Below are positions 8,665 through 17,687 of a stretch of 64,000 nucleotides of DNA, one piece after another. Where the stretch lies: positions 18,343-82,342 of the forward strand of contig CAZXBM010000008.1 in the NCBI GenBank assembly GCA_964638495.1, read 5' to 3'. A model generated the notes under the pieces. The model worked only from the letters and a program-made list of their open reading frames with translations. It did not search any database and was not told the origin of the DNA. A program made the position numbers and the translations under genes. The stretch is from an uncultured Stakelama sp. GTDB lineage: Bacteria > Pseudomonadota > Alphaproteobacteria > Sphingomonadales > Sphingomonadaceae. Position 1 is the stretch's first letter, and each line of letters begins with the position of its first letter.

Positions 8665-9066
8665 ATGAAAATCGGAGAGCTCGGGCAAGCCACAGGCACC
8701 AAGGTGGAGACGATCCGCTATTATGAGCAGATCGGCCTGCTGGCGGCACCCGCGCGCAATGCGTCGAACTATCGCGACTATGGAAAGGCTCATCTCGCAC
8801 GGCTGTCATTCGTGCGCCGCGCGCGTGACCTGGGATTTACGCTCGACCAAGTGCGCGAATTGCTGGGCTTGTCGGACGATCGCACGCAATCCTGCACGGC
8901 GGTCGATGTTATCGCGACGATCCATCTAACCGAGATCGACCGCAAAATTGCCGACCTTCAGGCGCTGCGCGGCGAACTCAGCCGACTTATCGGCGACTGC
9001 CGTCAAGGGACGGTCGCCGACTGCCTCATCATCGACTCCCTCGCCCCGGCCGGCCTGCCGCAATGA
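8665..9066 (+). CDS. MerR-family metal-responsive regulator, CadR/PbrR/ZntR-like
   Basis: 133 aa with an N-terminal HTH ([26 protein letters not shown]). Cys77, Cys112 and Cys120 match the CadR/PbrR-type Cys triad spacing. Divergent from the CDF gene. Confidence 0.9.
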   Translation: MKIGELGQATGTKVETIRYYEQIGLLAAPARNASNYRDYGKAHLARLSFVRRARDLGFTLDQVRELLGLSDDRTQSCTAVDVIATIHLTEIDRKIADLQALRGELSRLIGDCRQGTVADCLIIDSLAPAGLPQ

Positions 9067-9395
9067 CGACCGCGGTCGTCTACATCCTCGCCGCCATTGC
9101 CGAGATCGCCGGCTGTTTCAGCTTCTGGGCGTGGCTGCGTCTCGACAAATCGCCGGTCTGGATCGCGCCCGGCATGGTGTCGCTGGCGGCGTTCGCGTGG
9201 CTGCTGACGCGCGTCGACAGCGATGCCGCCGGTCGCGCCTATGCCGCTTACGGCGCCGTCTATATCTGCGCGTCGCTGGGCTGGCTCTGGGCCGTCGAAG
9301 GCACGCGCCCGGACCGCTGGGACGCTATCGGTGCACTGGTCTGTCTGGTTGGGGCCGGCATCATATTGTTTGCGCCACGTAGCCTTGCGACTTGA
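9063..9395 (+). CDS. ynfA: YnfA (UPF0060) small membrane protein
   Basis: 110 aa. [15 protein letters not shown]...[24 protein letters not shown] closely parallels E. coli YnfA. The start overlaps the merR stop by 4 nt. Confidence 0.85.
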   Translation: MTTAVVYILAAIAEIAGCFSFWAWLRLDKSPVWIAPGMVSLAAFAWLLTRVDSDAAGRAYAAYGAVYICASLGWLWAVEGTRPDRWDAIGALVCLVGAGIILFAPRSLAT

Positions 9396-9893
9396 AACGC
9401 TCGCTCAATGCGAACGCCTATGCCGATGGTGGATGTAGGGCGAATGCAATTGCCGGTGGACCGTCGGCACATGGCTGTGCGGCTCGCGAGGCGCTATAAA
9501 TGGCGGATGGTTCAGCACATTTCGCAAATTGGATCAAACTGGTCGACTGGCATTGTTCGATGACTGCTTGTCGGTGGTCACGCGTATTGGCCTTATGTCG
9601 GAAACTGGGTGCACTGCCAAAGGGCGGCGGGATGTTAGGAAGGCCAGTTGCGGGAGAGGCGGTCGCTTACGCGCAGATTAGGGAATGGCTTGAGTTTGGT
9701 CGAAAGCCACCGGCCACGGGGATTTGCGAAAATTGGAAGTTGGTTGCCATTCCAGAAGCGATCGCTGGATGGCCCCTCTCGGCGAAACTAGACGTGCCGG
9801 AAGTGCCTCGCGTCACATCGTCGGTCCGGCGCGACTGACTGATAGCAGAGAGCAAGACTTGAGCATAAACGCATTAAATGCAGATCTTCACCG

Positions 9894-10163
9894 TTACCAG
9901 TATTTGGAGATCGCCCGAAATTGCTCGATCGCTTGCTGCGGCCCTTCGCCTTCCTCCGCGTGAACCAGGCAATGGTCGATGTGATCGTTGATCAGCGCGC
10001 GCTTCGCGCTGGCGATCGCGTTCTCGACCGCCTGAAGCTGCTGGGCGATGTCGACGCATGGGCGTTGCTCCTCGATCATGGTCACGATGCTGCGAAGGTG
10101 GCCGGTCGCCCGGTTAAGGCGCTTGACGATCGCGGGGTGGCTGGAGTGCGCTGTGTGGGCCAT
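9894..10163 (-). CDS. CsoR/RcnR (DUF156) family metal-sensing repressor
   Basis: Internal ATG of track ORF 9894..10289 gives MAHTAHSSHPAIVKRLNRATGHLRSIVTMIEEQRPCVDIAQQLQAV...NDHIDHCL, 89 aa. Ligand fingerprint is His3-Cys36-His61-Cys65 (plus His64). Divergent from the MFS gene. Confidence 0.85.
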   Translation of the reverse strand: MAHTAHSSHPAIVKRLNRATGHLRSIVTMIEEQRPCVDIAQQLQAVENAIASAKRALINDHIDHCLVHAEEGEGPQQAIEQFRAISKYW

Positions 10164-10201
10164 TTTGAGTTCCTGACACGTCATGCAGCACGTGTCCATC
10201 A

Positions 10202-10219
10202 TATCCCCCATGGGGGATA
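10202..10219. promoter_or_regulatory. CsoR/RcnR-type operator (C5/G5 tract palindrome)
   Basis: Perfect 18-bp palindrome TATCCCCCA|TGGGGGATA. It lies 35 nt upstream of the MFS ATG (10254) and 39 nt upstream of the repressor ATG (10163). G/C tracts flanked by AT-rich inverted repeats are the known operator style of this family. Confidence 0.7.
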
Positions 10220-10253
10220 GACAGGCGGCCAGGATCAGTGGATAGGGGCGCCC

Positions 10254-11579
10254 ATGCTCGCAGTCCTCGCCAACCGCACCTATCGCCACCTATTCCTCGC
10301 GCAGATCATTGCGCTGATCGGGACGGGGCTGGCGACGGTCGCGCTTGGTCTGCTGGCCTATGACATCGCGGGCGGTGACGCGGGCGCTGTGCTGGGCACC
10401 GCGCTCGCGATCAAGATGATCGCCTATGTCGGTGTCGCGCCGATCGCTGGTTCCTTCGCCAACAAGGTGCCCCGGCGCGCGCTGCTTGTTGCGATGGACC
10501 TGATCCGTGCCGCCGTCGCGCTGTGCCTGCCGTTCGTCACACAGGTCTGGGAGGTCTATGTCCTGATCTTCGCGCTGCAGTCGGCGTCGGCAGCGTTTAC
10601 ACCGACATTCCAGGCGACCATCCCTGACGTGCTGCCCGAAGAGCGCGACTATACGCGGGCGCTGTCGCTGTCGCGGCTCGCCTATGACATGGAAAGCCTG
10701 ACCAGCCCGATCCTCGCGGCGGCGTTGCTCACGGTTATCAGCTTCCACTGGCTGTTCGCCGGGACCGCGATCGGCTTCGTCGCTTCGGCACTACTGGTGG
10801 TGTCGACCACCTTGCCGCGACCCAAGCCGGTCGAGGACGCGGGCGGCATCTACGACAAGACGACGCGGGGCACGCGCATTTACCTCAAAACGCCGCGCTT
10901 GCGCGGCCTGCTCGCGCTAACGCTGGCGGCGGCGGCGGCGAGCGCGATGGTGATTGTCAACACGGTGGTGATCGTGCGCGGGCTCGGCCTCAGCCAGCGC
11001 GACGTCGCGCTGACGCTGGCGGCGTTCGGGGGCGGGTCGATCACCGCCGCCCTGACGTTGCCGCGCATCCTCGATCGTGTTGCCGACCGCACCGTAATGT
11101 TGATCGCTGCCGCTCTTCTGACGCTAACACTTGCCGCGATGGCACTGGTCACCGTGACCATGGGAACGGCCGACAGCTATTGGTACATGCTGATCGCAGG
11201 ATGGATCGTCATGGGCCTGGCCTATTCGGCAAGCGTTACGCCTTCGGGTCGGCTGCTGCGCCGGTCGGCCAATGCCGACGATCGCCCCGCGCTGTTCGCG
11301 GCGCAGTTCGCGCTCAGCCACGTTTGCTGGCTCATCGCGTACCCCTTGGTTGGCCAGCTCGGCGCGCGGGTGGGCATGGCGGCAGCGTTTGGCGCGATGG
11401 CGGCCATCGCTGCTGTTGGCACGCTAGCGGCGGTCCGGCTGTGGCCGGCGAACGATCCCGACGTCGTAGCGCATGATCATGGAGACCTGTCGGCTGACGA
11501 CCCGCACCTGAAAGAGCATGAACGCGGGGATCATGCCTTCGTGATCGACAAGCGTCACCCCGATTGGCCTAAGGCGTGA
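10254..11579 (+). CDS. MFS transporter with His-rich C-terminal tail (NreB/NrsD-like, tentative Ni/Co exporter)
   Basis: 441 aa, 12-TM MFS. The tail VVAHDHGDLSADDPHLKEHERGDHAFVIDKRHPDW has 6 His in the last 45 aa. Paired with an RcnR/CsoR-family repressor. Confidence 0.8.
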   Translation: MLAVLANRTYRHLFLAQIIALIGTGLATVALGLLAYDIAGGDAGAVLGTALAIKMIAYVGVAPIAGSFANKVPRRALLVAMDLIRAAVALCLPFVTQVWEVYVLIFALQSASAAFTPTFQATIPDVLPEERDYTRALSLSRLAYDMESLTSPILAAALLTVISFHWLFAGTAIGFVASALLVVSTTLPRPKPVEDAGGIYDKTTRGTRIYLKTPRLRGLLALTLAAAAASAMVIVNTVVIVRGLGLSQRDVALTLAAFGGGSITAALTLPRILDRVADRTVMLIAAALLTLTLAAMALVTVTMGTADSYWYMLIAGWIVMGLAYSASVTPSGRLLRRSANADDRPALFAAQFALSHVCWLIAYPLVGQLGARVGMAAAFGAMAAIAAVGTLAAVRLWPANDPDVVAHDHGDLSADDPHLKEHERGDHAFVIDKRHPDWPKA

Positions 11580-11968
11580 GCGCGTTTCCCTTGCCGCAGC
11601 GCAGCACTCCGCATACACTACCCAGTGTGGCGCTCGTCCGACCCCGATCCGCCCCTTGGGGGTTCCTGCTCGCTCTGCTCGCCTTGATGACGATGAGCGC
11701 CGTATCGACATGGCACAATGCCAGCATTCACGACGACGACGCGGTCCACGCCGTTTCTGTCGCACACGAGCATGAGAAACAGGATTCGAGCGATCCCGAT
11801 GGCGCCGTGCACCTTACAGCGCACATGGTCGGGCAGAGCCTCGCAGTGCCTGATACAGCCGTCGCCCCGATCTATGAGGCGTCATTCACGACCAACTGGT
11901 CGGTGCCGCGTTCAGCCCTTAAAGCTGGCATCGATCCAACATCTTTACTGAGACCACCAAAGGCCTGA
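11576..11968 (+). CDS. small putative secreted His/Asp-rich protein (P2) heading czcCBA-2; C-terminus LLRPPKA
   Basis: 130 aa from a GTG overlapping the MFS stop (GTGA); an alternative GTG lies at 11627. Hydrophobic segment WGFLLALLALMTMSAVS, then 7 His and many Asp (IHDDDAVHAVSVAHEHEKQDSSDPDGAVHLTAHM). APIY and RPPKA motifs parallel P1. Confidence 0.5.
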   Translation: MSAFPLPQRSTPHTLPSVALVRPRSAPWGFLLALLALMTMSAVSTWHNASIHDDDAVHAVSVAHEHEKQDSSDPDGAVHLTAHMVGQSLAVPDTAVAPIYEASFTTNWSVPRSALKAGIDPTSLLRPPKA

Positions 11969-12025
11969 TCCCTGCCGCGCGCTGGGGGCGCGCCCGAGTC
12001 CAACTCGTGCAAGGATCACATCTCT

Positions 12026-13285
12026 ATGACCGACTTTATCAGCCGACGGCGCCTTGCGGCGCTGTTCGGCGGACTCGCGAGCGTGACGCTGGCGGGTCCA
12101 GCGTGGGCAGACCCCGCGCCACCTTTCGCTCTGTTACTCAAGCAAGCCGAGCAATCTCCCCGTCTCCAGGAGCTGGCGGCCGACGTCGATCGTGCGACGG
12201 GCCTGTCCGAGCAAGCCCGGGCGCGCCCCAATCCATCCGTGAGCGTCTATGCTGAGAACTTCGCGGGCTCGTCGCCCTATGCAGGGTTCGACCGGACCGA
12301 GACGACGATGCAATATAGCCAGCCGTTCGAGCTGGGCGGCAAAAGATCTGCGCGCATCGCCGCTGGCGAAGCCGGGGTGACGGCGGCGCGGGCGCGAGGA
12401 CTGCAAGGTCGCGTCGCCTTTGCCCATGATCTTGCGCGGGCCTATGCCGCCGTCGAACTCGCCGATCGGCGCATCACGATTGCCGAGGATGAAGTCGAGG
12501 AGGGCGAGGCCGACCTGAAACTCGCCCGCGCCCTGGTCGAAGCAGGCAAGGAAGCCCGCCTCCGCGCGCTGCAAGCCGAAACCGAACTCAACGCCGCCCG
12601 GGCCGTGCTGGAAAGCACGCGGGCGGCGCGCACGGCGGCGCTCGCTCGGTTGTCCGCGCTGGCCGGGGTGGAGACCCCCTTCACCGGCATTTCGGACTCT
12701 GTGCTCGATCCGCCAATGTCACGCGCCGCTTATGGGCCGGTCGATCCGCTCGGCACCACAAGCTATCTTGCCGCGCTGGCCGATCGGGAGGCTGCCGCAA
12801 AACGTGCAGCGTCCGAGCGCAAGCGTGCGATTCCCGACATTACTGGCCAGATCGGTGTGCGAAGGCTCGATCAGGACCGTGCAACCGCGCTGGTCGCCGG
12901 CATTTCGTTGCCGCTGCGCCTGTTCGATCGCAACCGGGGCAATATCGCCGCAGCCGACGCTGACCTGCGCGCGGCGGAGGCAAGGGCGGCGGCGGCACGG
13001 CTTGAAGCGACCGCCAATGTTCGCAGCGCCGTCGCGCTGGCAGAAGCCGCCGACGCCCGCGCCATCGCCGCAGAACGGACGATGGCGACGGCCGGGGAAA
13101 CCTATCGGCTTGCCCGCATCGCCTATGAAGCGGGCAAATCGCCCTTGAGCGAACTGCTCGTCGCCCGCCACGGACTGGGTCTGGCGCGTGGCGTCGTCGC
13201 CGATGCTGCCGCTGCCCGTTTCGATGCCCGTGCCCAACTCGCCAGCCTGAACGGCCTGGCCATCACCGGAGACCCGGTCCAATGA
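12026..13285 (+). CDS. czcC: TolC-family outer membrane factor (CzcC-like), copy 2
   Basis: 419 aa, paralogous to 6114..7466. Has a signal sequence and starts a C-B-A gene order. Confidence 0.9.
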   Translation: MTDFISRRRLAALFGGLASVTLAGPAWADPAPPFALLLKQAEQSPRLQELAADVDRATGLSEQARARPNPSVSVYAENFAGSSPYAGFDRTETTMQYSQPFELGGKRSARIAAGEAGVTAARARGLQGRVAFAHDLARAYAAVELADRRITIAEDEVEEGEADLKLARALVEAGKEARLRALQAETELNAARAVLESTRAARTAALARLSALAGVETPFTGISDSVLDPPMSRAAYGPVDPLGTTSYLAALADREAAAKRAASERKRAIPDITGQIGVRRLDQDRATALVAGISLPLRLFDRNRGNIAAADADLRAAEARAAAARLEATANVRSAVALAEAADARAIAAERTMATAGETYRLARIAYEAGKSPLSELLVARHGLGLARGVVADAAAARFDARAQLASLNGLAITGDPVQ

Positions 13286-14430
13286 ACGACAAGACACGCC
13301 TATACACCGGTGCCGCGATCGGTCTGGTCGCTGCCGCCGCGCTCGGCTTCGGTGCGGCTCGCCTGACCCAACCCGCGCCGCCCGCGCCCGAAACCGCCGA
13401 GGCGCCAAAAACCGCCGGGGATGCGGTCGAGATCGGTGCCGACGGCATCCGGATTTCGGGGATCAGGGTCGCGCCTGCCGCCGCCGGTGCGCTCGACGCG
13501 GCCATCCCCGCCGCTGCTATGGTGCAGGCGACGCCCGACGCGGAAGCCGTGCTAACGGCACGCGCGCCGGGCACCGTTACGCGCATCTTCCAACGAATCG
13601 GCGACGCGGTCCGCGTAGGCGATACGCTGGCGCTGGTGGAAAGCCGTGACGCGTCGACCATCGCTGCCGATCGCGCCGCCGCCTCGGCACGCGTTTCGCT
13701 TGCCTCGAAACAGCTGGCGCGGGAGCGGTCGCTGCTCGCGCAAGGCGTTTCGGCGCGGGCCGATTACGAGACGGCGCAGGCCAATCTCGCGGTCGCGCAA
13801 GCAGATGCCGGCCGCGCACGTGCCGCGGCTGGCGCCGTGCGGCTCGCCGCCGATGGCCGCTCGATCGCGGTCGTCAGCCCGGTCAGCGGCCGCATCACCG
13901 CCGCTACCGCCAGCCTTGGCCAGTTCGTCGCTGCAGAGACCGAGTTGTTCCGCGTCGCCGATCCGTCGCGGCTGCAGATTACCGCCAGCCTGCCGCCGGC
14001 CGATGCCCCGCGCGTCCGCACCGGTGACCGCGTGGAACTCACCACCAATGACGGCCAGACGATTGCTGGCCGGGTCCGCTCGGCGACCGGGGTGGTCGAT
14101 CGCGACACGCGCGGTGCAACGATTATCATCGAACCGAGCGCGGGCGGCAGTTTGCTCGTCCCCGGTCAATCGGTTCAGGCGCGCATCTTCGCCAGCGGCG
14201 GCGTGGCGCGTTCGGGCGTGATGGTGCCGCAGGACGCGGTCCAGACGCTTGGCAACCGCAGCGTCGTGTTCGTGCGCACCCGCGCGGGTTTCAAGGCGCA
14301 GACGGTCCAGACCGGCAGTCGCAGCGGCGGCATGGTCGCGATCATGTCGGGCCTCAGCGCGAGCACGCCGATCGCCACGACCAACGCGTTCCTGCTCAAG
14401 GGCGAAATCGAGAAGGAAACCGCAGAATGA
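13282..14430 (+). CDS. czcB: efflux RND periplasmic adaptor (CzcB-like), copy 2
   Basis: 382 aa, colinear with copy 1 (e.g. GDTLALVESRDAS vs GETLAIVESRDAA). 4-nt overlaps on both sides. Confidence 0.9.
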   Translation: MNDKTRLYTGAAIGLVAAAALGFGAARLTQPAPPAPETAEAPKTAGDAVEIGADGIRISGIRVAPAAAGALDAAIPAAAMVQATPDAEAVLTARAPGTVTRIFQRIGDAVRVGDTLALVESRDASTIAADRAAASARVSLASKQLARERSLLAQGVSARADYETAQANLAVAQADAGRARAAAGAVRLAADGRSIAVVSPVSGRITAATASLGQFVAAETELFRVADPSRLQITASLPPADAPRVRTGDRVELTTNDGQTIAGRVRSATGVVDRDTRGATIIIEPSAGGSLLVPGQSVQARIFASGGVARSGVMVPQDAVQTLGNRSVVFVRTRAGFKAQTVQTGSRSGGMVAIMSGLSASTPIATTNAFLLKGEIEKETAE

Positions 14431-17400
14431 TCGCGCGCATCCTCTCGCTCTCGGTGCGGATGCGGTGGGTCGTCGTCGCGCTCACCGCGCTGGTCGTCGC
14501 GTTCGGCGCGTGGCAAATCACGCTGCTGCCGATCGACGCGGTGCCCGACGTCACCAACCGTCAGGTTCAGATCAGCACCTTCGCGCCGACGCTGGGGCCG
14601 GTCGACATCGAGAAGCAGGTCACCTTCCCGGTCGAGACCGCGCTCGCGGGTATTCCGGGGCTTGAAATGACGCGTTCCTTCTCGCGCAACGGCTTCAGCC
14701 AGGTGACCGCCGTGTTCACTGATTCGACCAGCGTGTTCTTCGCGCGCCAGCAGGTCACCGAGAGGCTCGCCCAAGCCAAGGACAGCCTTCCGGTCGGCAT
14801 CCAGCCCATTCTCGCCCCGTTGAGCACCGGGCTGGGGGAAATCTTCTTCTATTCGGTCGCGTTCCGCCATCCCGACGGCAAGGGGATTAGGATCGTCGAC
14901 GGCAAGCCTGGCTGGCAATCCGACCGCAGCTACCTGACCCCAGAGGGAGAGCGGCTGACCACCGATCTCGCCAAGGCGGCCTATCTGCGTACCGTGCAGG
15001 ACTGGATCATCCGCCCGCAGATGCGCACCGTGAAGGGCGTGGCAGGCGTCGACTCCAACGGCGGCTATGTGAAGCAATATCTAATCGAGCCCAATCTCAA
15101 CGCGCTCGCCACCTATGGTCTGTCGATCACGGAGTTGGCGGACGCGCTCGAACGGGCGAATATGTCGGCGGGCTCGAACTATGTGCGGCGCGCGGGCGAG
15201 AGCTTTCTTGTGCGCGCCGATTCTAGGCTGAAATCGATCGACGATATTCAGGACGCGGTGGTCGCGACGCGCGGGGGTGCGCCGGTGCGCGTGCGCGATG
15301 TCGGGCAGGTCGTGATCGGCGGCGCGGTCCGTACCGGCTCGGGCAGCCGGATGGGGTCCGAAGCCGTCATCTCAACGGTGCTGATGCTGGTCGGCAGCAA
15401 CAGCCGCATCGTCGCCAACGCCGCGGGCGAGAAGCTGACCGAGGTCAACCGCTCGCTGCCAACCGATGTGTTCGCCGAACCTGTCTATAACCGATCAAAG
15501 CTCGTCAACGCGACCATAGCGACGGTCGAGAAGAACCTGACCGAGGGCGCGCTGCTCGTCATCGTCGTGCTGTTCCTGCTGCTCGGCAACATCCGCGCGG
15601 CGCTGATCACCGCGGCGGTCATTCCGATCACGATGCTGATGACGGCGGCGGGGATGAACGCCCTTAGCGTATCGGGCAATCTGATGAGTCTGGGCGCGCT
15701 CGATTTCGGGCTGATCGTCGATGGCGCGGTCATCATCGTCGAGAATGCGCTCCGGCGTCTTGCCGAACGGCAGGAGCATGAAGGCCGCCTGTTGACGCGC
15801 AACGAGCGGCTGGGTGAGGTGATGGAGGCGTCGCAGGAAATGGTGAAGCCGACCGTCTATGGCCAGCTCATCATCTTCCTCGTCTTCGTGCCGCTGCTCA
15901 CCTTCCAGGGCGTCGAGGGCAAGACTTTCGCGCCGATGGCAATCACGCTGATGGTGGCGCTTACCGCCGCCTTCGTGCTGTCGCTGACCTTCGTGCCCGC
16001 AATGATCGCGCTGTGCATTACCGGCAAGGTGAGCGAGACCGAAGTCATGCCGATCCGCTGGTTCAAGGAGCAATATGCCCCGATGCTGGCGCGCGCGGTG
16101 GCGCGGCCTCTGCCGTTCATCGCAGGCGGCGCGGGCGTGTTCGCCGCAGCGGTGCTGTGCTTTGGCTTGCTCGGCGAGGAATTCATGCCGCAGCTCGACG
16201 AGAAGGATATCACCGTCACCAATTTCCGCGTGCCCTCGGCCTCGATCGATCAGTCGACGCAGATGCAGTTGCGGATCGAGGATGCGCTGAAGACGCTGCC
16301 AGAAGTCGCGCTAGTCTTCTCCAAGAACGGCAATGCTGATCTCGGCACCGATCCGATGCCGCCGAACGCATCGGACACCTACGTCATCCCCAAACCCGAG
16401 AGCCAATGGCCAGCCGACGTGCGTAGCAAGGCCGATATCCTGGCGCGGATCGAGGCAAAGATGAAGCCGCTGATCGGCAATCGCACCGAAATCCAGCAAC
16501 CGATCCAGATGCGCTTCAATGAGCTGATCGCCGGTGTGCGCTCGGATGTCGCGGTCAAGCTATATGGCGACGATCTCGACCAGATGACTCAGCAGGCGCA
16601 ACGCATCGCGGCCACGCTCCGGGCGATCCCGGGCGCCGCAGACGTCAGCGCCGAACAAACCGATGGCGCGCCGACGTTCGACGTTAAAATCGATCGGCAG
16701 TCGGTGGCGCGCTACGGCCTGTCGGTCGAGGAGGTAGCGAACACCGTGGCCGCGGCGCTCGGCGGCCGTGAGGCAGGATTGCTGTTCGAAGGCGACCGGC
16801 GTTTCTCGGTCGTCGTTCGGCTCGCCGACGCACAACGCGATGATTTAGAGACGCTTGGCGCGATCCCGGTCATGCTCCCCGCCATGGAGGGGCAAGTCGC
16901 GCGCTCGATCCCGCTCCGCGAGGTGGCGCGGTTCAGCTATACGCAGGGGCTCAACCAGATCAGCCGCGAGAACGGCAAGCGGATGGTGGTCGTCCAGGTC
17001 AATGTGCGTGGCCGCGATCTCGGCGGGTTCGTGACCGAGGCGCAGGACCGGATCGGCAAGCTCGATTTGCCGCCGGGCATGTATACGGCATGGGGCGGGA
17101 CGTTCGAAAGCCTACAGTCGGCGCGGCTGCGGCTGATGATTGTGGTGCCGATCTGCTTCCTCGCGATCTACGGCTTGCTCTACATGGCGCTGGGGGGTTT
17201 CGTGCCCGCCGCGATCGTGTTCAGTGCGGTACCCATGGCGCTCGCGGGCGGTGTATTCGCGCTGCTTTTGCGCGGCATCCCGTTCTCGATCACGGCGGCG
17301 GTGGGTTTCATCGCGTTGTCCGGTGTCGCGGTTCTCAACGGTCTGGTCATGATGAGCGCGATCCGCAAGCATCGCGAAGACGGCGCGGACGAGGAAACGG

Positions 17401-17687
17401 CTATCATCGACGGCGCAATGGAACGCGTGAGGCCGGTGATGATGACCGCGCTGGTCGCCAGCCTCGGGTTCGTGCCGATGGCACTCGCGACCGGCACCGG
17501 CGCGGAGGTCCAGAGGCCGCTGGCCACGGTGGTCATTGGCGGACTCATCACCTCGACCGCACTTACGCTGCTGGTGCTGCCCGCGATCACGGCGTGGGCG
17601 TCCCGGTGGCGCGGTCGAACGCACCAACGACCACAGTTGGAGATGGGCCAAGAGTCTGGTTGTTCGACATCCACCACCACCTGTTGA
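14427..17687 (+). CDS. czcA: CzcA-family HME-RND pump, copy 2, with an aberrant chimeric C-terminal tail
   Basis: 1086 aa. TMH4 reads LDFGLIVDGAVIIVEN. Colinear with copy 1 up to ...LTLLVLPAI, after which about 30 residues (TAWASRWRGRTHQRPQLEMGQESGCSTSTTTC) have no counterpart and are read out of frame from a PepSY gene remnant. Confidence 0.9.
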   Translation: MIARILSLSVRMRWVVVALTALVVAFGAWQITLLPIDAVPDVTNRQVQISTFAPTLGPVDIEKQVTFPVETALAGIPGLEMTRSFSRNGFSQVTAVFTDSTSVFFARQQVTERLAQAKDSLPVGIQPILAPLSTGLGEIFFYSVAFRHPDGKGIRIVDGKPGWQSDRSYLTPEGERLTTDLAKAAYLRTVQDWIIRPQMRTVKGVAGVDSNGGYVKQYLIEPNLNALATYGLSITELADALERANMSAGSNYVRRAGESFLVRADSRLKSIDDIQDAVVATRGGAPVRVRDVGQVVIGGAVRTGSGSRMGSEAVISTVLMLVGSNSRIVANAAGEKLTEVNRSLPTDVFAEPVYNRSKLVNATIATVEKNLTEGALLVIVVLFLLLGNIRAALITAAVIPITMLMTAAGMNALSVSGNLMSLGALDFGLIVDGAVIIVENALRRLAERQEHEGRLLTRNERLGEVMEASQEMVKPTVYGQLIIFLVFVPLLTFQGVEGKTFAPMAITLMVALTAAFVLSLTFVPAMIALCITGKVSETEVMPIRWFKEQYAPMLARAVARPLPFIAGGAGVFAAAVLCFGLLGEEFMPQLDEKDITVTNFRVPSASIDQSTQMQLRIEDALKTLPEVALVFSKNGNADLGTDPMPPNASDTYVIPKPESQWPADVRSKADILARIEAKMKPLIGNRTEIQQPIQMRFNELIAGVRSDVAVKLYGDDLDQMTQQAQRIAATLRAIPGAADVSAEQTDGAPTFDVKIDRQSVARYGLSVEEVANTVAAALGGREAGLLFEGDRRFSVVVRLADAQRDDLETLGAIPVMLPAMEGQVARSIPLREVARFSYTQGLNQISRENGKRMVVVQVNVRGRDLGGFVTEAQDRIGKLDLPPGMYTAWGGTFESLQSARLRLMIVVPICFLAIYGLLYMALGGFVPAAIVFSAVPMALAGGVFALLLRGIPFSITAAVGFIALSGVAVLNGLVMMSAIRKHREDGADEETAIIDGAMERVRPVMMTALVASLGFVPMALATGTGAEVQRPLATVVIGGLITSTALTLLVLPAITAWASRWRGRTHQRPQLEMGQESGCSTSTTTC

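Noticed and set aside
9396-9893. Lower-GC spacer containing ORF 9500..9838 (112 aa) between ynfA and the RcnR-like gene
   Set aside because: There is no recognisable motif, ribosome-binding site or signal, and codon usage looks unlike the neighbouring genes. It is left unannotated and could be a decayed remnant.
12026-12100. S-R-R-R-L-A-A in the CzcC-2 N-terminus as a twin-arginine (Tat) signal
   Set aside because: Outer-membrane factors are Sec substrates. The motif lacks the following F-L-K-type residues, and it is probably just a basic n-region.
14175-15077. 300-aa minus-strand ORF, with similar ORFs 3595..4419, 5234..6112, 13552..14169 and 15495..16073
   Set aside because: They are antisense or out of frame within RND pump and adaptor genes, with His/Arg/Asp-rich low-complexity translations.
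17090-17640. First about 180 codons of track ORF 17090..18037
   Set aside because: This part is an out-of-frame read-through of czcA-2. Only the portion from about 17640 onward shows PepSY-type sequence.
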